A stretch of DNA of 64,000 nucleotides from an uncultured SAR86 cluster bacterium (GTDB taxonomy: Bacteria > Pseudomonadota > Gammaproteobacteria > Magnimaribacterales > D2472), in the NCBI GenBank assembly GCA_964276145.1, contig CAXYDN010000007.1:1464-65463 (forward strand). Reading direction: 5' to 3'. The translations under genes and the position numbers were made by a program. This document shows positions 59,667-64,000 of the stretch, piece by piece; the stretch's first letter is position 1, and the number at the start of each line of letters is the position of its first letter. The notes under the pieces are model-generated. The model had not been told where the DNA came from. It searched no databases and worked only from the letters and a program-made list of their open reading frames with translations.

Positions 59667-60345
59667 TGAGCTCTCTCTTTGTTAAATCTGGGCTTGTTGA
59701 ATGTTTAGAAAGTGCAAAGTCATCTTCTTCGATCTGTGCAGGCTTGTAAGATCTAATAGCCCAAATAAATAAACCAATGATGATAAATGAGCTTGGTGGA
59801 AGAAGTAATAAATTATTTGCCATGTACCAACCACCGTTTGATACTAGTGGAAGTATTTCATAACCAAACAAGGTACCTGCTCCAAAAAGCTCTCTTATTG
59901 TTGCAACACCGATTAAAATAACACTATAGCCAAGTCCGTTACCCAGACCATCAAAAAAACTTAATAAAGGTTTTTCTTTCATTGCAAAAGCCTCTGCCCT
60001 ACCCATAACGATACAGTTAGTAATAATTAAGCCAACAAAAACAGATAACTTTTTACTAGTTTCATAATCATAAGCTTTTAAAAGCTCATCAACGACTATA
60101 ACCAAAGAGGCAATAATGGTCATTTGTACAATAATTCTAATACTGCTTGGTATGTGATTTCTAATTATTGATATGAATAAATTTGAAAAAGCTACTACGC
60201 TTGTTAACGCAACACACATAACCATTGTTACTGAAAGATTGTTTGTTACAGCCAATGCGGAACAAATTCCTAATATCTGTAAAGTGATAGGATTCTCATC
60301 TATCAATGGTTTTACTAATACATCTTTATATTTCTTAAGACTCAT
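59659..60345 (-). CDS. nqrD: Na+-NQR subunit D (likely start 60345)
   Basis: [38 protein letters not shown]. Confidence 0.96.
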   Translation of the reverse strand: MSLKKYKDVLVKPLIDENPITLQILGICSALAVTNNLSVTMVMCVALTSVVAFSNLFISIIRNHIPSSIRIIVQMTIIASLVIVVDELLKAYDYETSKKLSVFVGLIITNCIVMGRAEAFAMKEKPLLSFFDGLGNGLGYSVILIGVATIRELFGAGTLFGYEILPLVSNGGWYMANNLLLLPPSSFIIIGLFIWAIRSYKPAQIEEDDFALSKHSTSPDLTKRELNV

Positions 60346-61124
60346 ATTCCAACTCACTGAATAAATTTGCATACCCTGAATCACTGAACCAATATTTCAA
60401 CATATTAGTTACACCTCTACTGGTTAAAGTGGCTCCTGACAAACCATCAACTTTATAAGCTAAATTTTGATCGTCAGAAGGAACTTTTCCTTTGATAACT
60501 TCCAATGAAACAACTTCATTTTTATATAGTTGTTTTCCAGGCCATAAGGCTTTCCATTTAGGGTTATCAACTTCTGCTCCAAGACCTGGTGTTTCTTTGT
60601 GATCGTAAAACTCTAAACCAGCAACAGTATTAAAATCATTTTCAATAGAAATATAACCGAAAAGAGTTCCCCACAAACCATAACCTCTAACAGGAAGAAT
60701 AACTTTTTCTATAAAATTATTTTTATCTCTAAGAACAAAAAATTTACCGACATTTTCTCTATTTTTAATAATAGCAATATCCTGAGATGCATCTAAAGAT
60801 GTTGAGTACTCTGGATTTCTAGTTGCAGCTATCTGATCATAATCACCCTTATGTTCTTCTAAAAAATCTTCAAGCTCTGTACCTTTTAAAAGTTTTCCAG
60901 TATTAAAGTTAATATATTTTGCTTCTAACTGATTAAATTGTTCTTTGATATCTTTATTGGGATTAAAAATACCTGCAGCTTGAAGAATTTTTGTTCTTTT
61001 ATCATTTGCTTTATTTTCATTCTGCATATCACGAAGACTTACTGCTGTTGATGAAACAACTAGATGAACAAACCAAACAAATTACAAAAGCAACTCCTAA
61101 TGTTTTAACTATTGAATCATTCAT
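60335..61124 (-). CDS. nqrC: Na+-NQR subunit C; apparent +1 frameshift at ~61064
   Basis: ATG at 61124 gives [20 protein letters not shown]; removing one T continues [14 protein letters not shown] into the track ORF; [25 protein letters not shown] site. Confidence 0.92.
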
Positions 61125-62347
61125 TGTGCTAAAGCCTTTCTTCTATTTATATTTGACATCATTACCATATGATCTATAACAGGCGCTAATAAGTTAGCAA
61201 ATAATATTGCAAGCATCATACCTTCAGGGAAAGCTGGGTTAATAACTCTAATTAATATAACTGTTATACCAATTATAAACCCATATATGCATCTACCAGT
61301 ATTGGTTCCAGAGCCTGAAACAGGTTCTGTGGCCATAAAAACAAGGCCGAATGCAAAGCTTCCTATCACAGCATGCCAGTACCAAGGAACTTCAAACATT
61401 GGATTTGTATCTGAACCTACTATATTTAGCAAACTTGACATTGCTATCATACCAATGAATGTCCAAAGAACAATTCTCCAGGAGGCAACTTTAGTAGCTA
61501 ATAAGATTATTAAACCAATACCTATAGCAATTATAGATGTTTCTCCAATAGAGCCAGGAATATTTCCTAAAAATGCATCCATCCAGGTGAATTTGTCATA
61601 GATACCTGCCATACCATTTTCAGCAGCCACGCCAAGAGCAGTTGCACCGCTATAACCTTCTGGAACTATATTATTATCAGCCAAGCCAGCGATCCATACT
61701 TTATCACCTGATATTTGAGATGGATATGCAAAATAAAGAAATGCTCTACCAGTTAATGCAGGGTTTAAGAAATTTTTACCTGTACCCCCAAATATTTCCT
61801 TACCAATAACTAAACCGAAAGTTATTCCTAATGCAGCCTGCCATAGAGGAAGATCAGGTGGGCAGCTAAGTGAGAACAAGACTGTTGAAACAAAGGCACC
61901 CTCATTGATCTCATGCTTTCTTACAACAGCAAATATAGTTTCCCAACCAATTCCTACAACAAAAACAGTTATATAAATAGGCATAAAGTAGCATGCGCCA
62001 AACCATAATTTTGAGATAAAGCTTGATGAATCATAACCAACAAGATTAACTAGTGGGTGGTGCCAATCACCAGTATTTAATTGATTAATTGATTCAAGAT
62101 ATTCAAGTGAGTGTGATCCAAGATTGTACATTCCAAAAAACATTGCGGGGAATGTAGACAACCAAACAATTACCATAATCTTTTGAATATCAACAGCATC
62201 TCTAATATGAACAGGGTTTGATGTTTTTGTTTGTGTAGAAAAAATAAAATTTTCAACAGCATCAAATAAAGGAAACCATTTGGAATATTTTCCATCACCA
62301 ATAAAATTTGGTTTTACTGAATTAATGTAGTTTCTTAATGCATTCAT
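61121..62347 (-). CDS. nqrB: Na+-NQR subunit B
   Basis: KEIFGGTGKNFLNPAL, SGAT FMN site, GSIGETS, FMATEPVS. Confidence 0.96.
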   Translation of the reverse strand: MNALRNYINSVKPNFIGDGKYSKWFPLFDAVENFIFSTQTKTSNPVHIRDAVDIQKIMVIVWLSTFPAMFFGMYNLGSHSLEYLESINQLNTGDWHHPLVNLVGYDSSSFISKLWFGACYFMPIYITVFVVGIGWETIFAVVRKHEINEGAFVSTVLFSLSCPPDLPLWQAALGITFGLVIGKEIFGGTGKNFLNPALTGRAFLYFAYPSQISGDKVWIAGLADNNIVPEGYSGATALGVAAENGMAGIYDKFTWMDAFLGNIPGSIGETSIIAIGIGLIILLATKVASWRIVLWTFIGMIAMSSLLNIVGSDTNPMFEVPWYWHAVIGSFAFGLVFMATEPVSGSGTNTGRCIYGFIIGITVILIRVINPAFPEGMMLAILFANLLAPVIDHMVMMSNINRRKALAQ

Positions 62348-63661
62348 TGTTCTAAATATAAATTATTTAAATTATTAGCCAGAATCGAACAGTAATCATA
62401 TTTACTTGGACATATGTATGACGCGAGTGCTAGATCTTCTGGTGCTAACTCAAGCATTCCAAGATCAACAGCCTGTTCAATATCTCCCACAACTAGAGAT
62501 TTTAATAATTGTGGAACCAATATATCCATCGGAAGTATTTCATCATAAGTTCCAACTGGGACTATCGCCCTATCTCCACCATTTAATGAAGTATTAAATG
62601 TGAATTTATTGGGTTTTAGCATTGATGATGAAAATACATTCAAATTAGAGTGCAATTGTGAACCCGGCATAAGCCAATTCAAGAAAATGTTATTAGCCTC
62701 GTCTGGTATTACAGATATGATTGAATCATAGAAACCTAAGTAATTCATAATACCCTCTGAGGAATGTCCATAAATAAGTGATCCAGATACAACCCTAGAG
62801 TTATTATCAATTTTTCCAGCAGTTAATTGATCTATATTTCCAGATATTCTTGCGTTAATAAGGGAGGGTTTAAATACAGATGGTCCGCCTAATGCAATTA
62901 ATTTATGGGTTCTTAGAGAATTATTTTTTAATAAATAACCCAAAGAGATAATATCTTGATAACTGATAGTCCAAGCAACTCTATTAAGATTAACTGGGTA
63001 TATTTGACTAATATGAGTACTAGATAAACCAGCGGGATGAGGTCCAGATACTTGATGATAATTAATATTTTCAACAATTGTTTCAAGATTACTGTTTTGA
63101 TAGGTGCAGTGTATAGGACAAGAAAATAATATGTCTAAAGCCTCTAACCCTTTATTAAAAGCTATCTTTGTCTTGATCTATAATAAAAAAAGGATCTACT
63201 GATAAAGGATTGGTATCACAAGCATTTACAAAGACTGCATCAGGTGCTGAATCTACTTTTGGAGTTCGATTGAAAGGTCTAGTTCTAAAAGCATTCCATA
63301 GACCAGAATTAATAAGTAAATTTGTAAGACCTTTTGAGGTATTTTCATAGTGAAAAGATTCAGCTTCTTCATTTTCAGTTATTTCAATTTCTATAGAAAG
63401 GAATTTTCTTTTATCACCTCTGCTAATATCTTTAACAGTTCCTCCAGCAGGAGAAGTAAAAAAGATACCGGGATTTTTTTTGTCTTCAAATAACTTAGTC
63501 CCTCTTTTTACAATATCTCCAACCTTAACCATCATTGTAGGTTTCATGCCTACAAAATCATTGGCAAGAAGTGAAACAGAGGTTACGTTTGGTGTATCCG
63601 AAATAATAGGGTCAGGTGTACCCGAAATTGGCAAATTGAGACCTTTAGAAGTTTTTATCAC
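62344..63661 (-). CDS. nqrA: Na+-NQR subunit A; apparent +1 frameshift at ~63157-63160
   Basis: KGLNLPISG.P, RTRPF. Removing one T restores FNKGLEAL...GPHPAGL...TISYQD, joining the C-terminal ORF (EDLAL..ICPSKYDY). Confidence 0.92.
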
Positions 63662-63739
63662 GCGTGCTATACCTGAGTAAATTTATATACATCAAAAACG
63701 TGATGATTATAAATCTAAAGCGATATTGATTCTATAGTT

Positions 63740-64000
63740 TTATGAAATTGGTTTAGGCAATCTTTGCAATGAGATCCCAGCTATTTTTTTTGCTAAATTA
63801 ATAACTTGCTTTGAATAACCATATTCATTGTCATACCAGCAATATAATGTAACTCTCTTACCGCTTGTAATAGTTGCTTGTGAATCAATTATTGATGCGA
63901 AAGGACTGGAATAAAAATCTGTAGAAACTATCTCAGGTGAATTTACAAAACCTAATGTCTCTCTGTATTTTGAATGAAAAGCCATTGATTTAAGGTAATT
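63740..64000 (-). CDS. gap: Glyceraldehyde-3-phosphate dehydrogenase, 3' end (5'-truncated by window edge)
   Basis: SPEIVSTDF...SIIDS.AT...LYCWYDNEYGYS; frame open to the window end; gap precedes nqrA as in Pseudomonas. Confidence 0.88.
   Translation of the reverse strand, partial: NYLKSMAFHSKYRETLGFVNSPEIVSTDFYSSPFASIIDSQATITSGKRVTLYCWYDNEYGYSKQVINLAKKIAGISLQRLPKPIS

Noticed and set aside
60335-63661. nqrA and nqrC as true pseudogenes or programmed frameshifts
   Set aside because: Single-base fixes restore full proteins, the rest of the operon plus apbE/nqrM is intact, and no slippery heptamer is present
1883-63680. Many short 60-130 aa ORFs in the track lying antisense or out of frame inside longer genes (e.g. 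1883-2095, 5037-5309, 22198-22458, 44447-44782, 47238-47633, 59080-59406, 61287-61601)
   Set aside because: Essentially nested in well-supported genes with no recognisable motifs; typical shadow ORFs
1-64000. tRNA, rRNA, riboswitch, prophage, integrase or defence genes
   Set aside because: None recognisable by eye and intergenic spaces are short; a covariance-model search (tRNAscan-SE/Infernal) would be needed to exclude small RNAs fully

Overview
AT-rich, very gene-dense chromosomal segment from a streamlined gammaproteobacterium. The gene content (TonB-dependent receptor, Na+-NQR, Pseudomonas-type isocitrate lyase, tiny intergenic spaces) is most consistent with a marine SAR86-like lineage, but this is inference. 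Core blocks are trpS-hemH-lolC/D-exbBD-msbA/lpxK-kdsB-murB, etfQO/etfBA, infA, clpA-clpS-icd, mnmA-purB-aceA and gap-nqrABCDEF-apbE-nqrM. They flank a ~24-kb accessory region (about 24.7-48.5 kb) containing a near-canonical XerCD dif site at 39898-39925. Main highlights: (1) an apparently complete, TetR-associated aromatic catabolic system. It has a TonB receptor, a membrane-tethered sulfatase, an MhpA-like FAD monooxygenase, a trihydroxytoluene-oxygenase-like ring-cleavage enzyme, an FAH hydrolase, a (methyl)malonate-semialdehyde dehydrogenase, a RutE-like reductase, a GST and a GHDRG hydrolase. These families mirror the DntB/D/G/E lower pathway, and a palindromic operator is shared by both divergent promoters. 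(2) An in-frame 919-aa MsbA-LpxK fusion. (3) A HexR/RccR-type palindrome upstream of aceA. (4) A gene remnant and a small gene missed by the ORF track. Seven single-base indels in six genes, including nqrA and nqrC, look like sequencing/consensus errors. No rRNA, tRNA, CRISPR array or transposase was seen.
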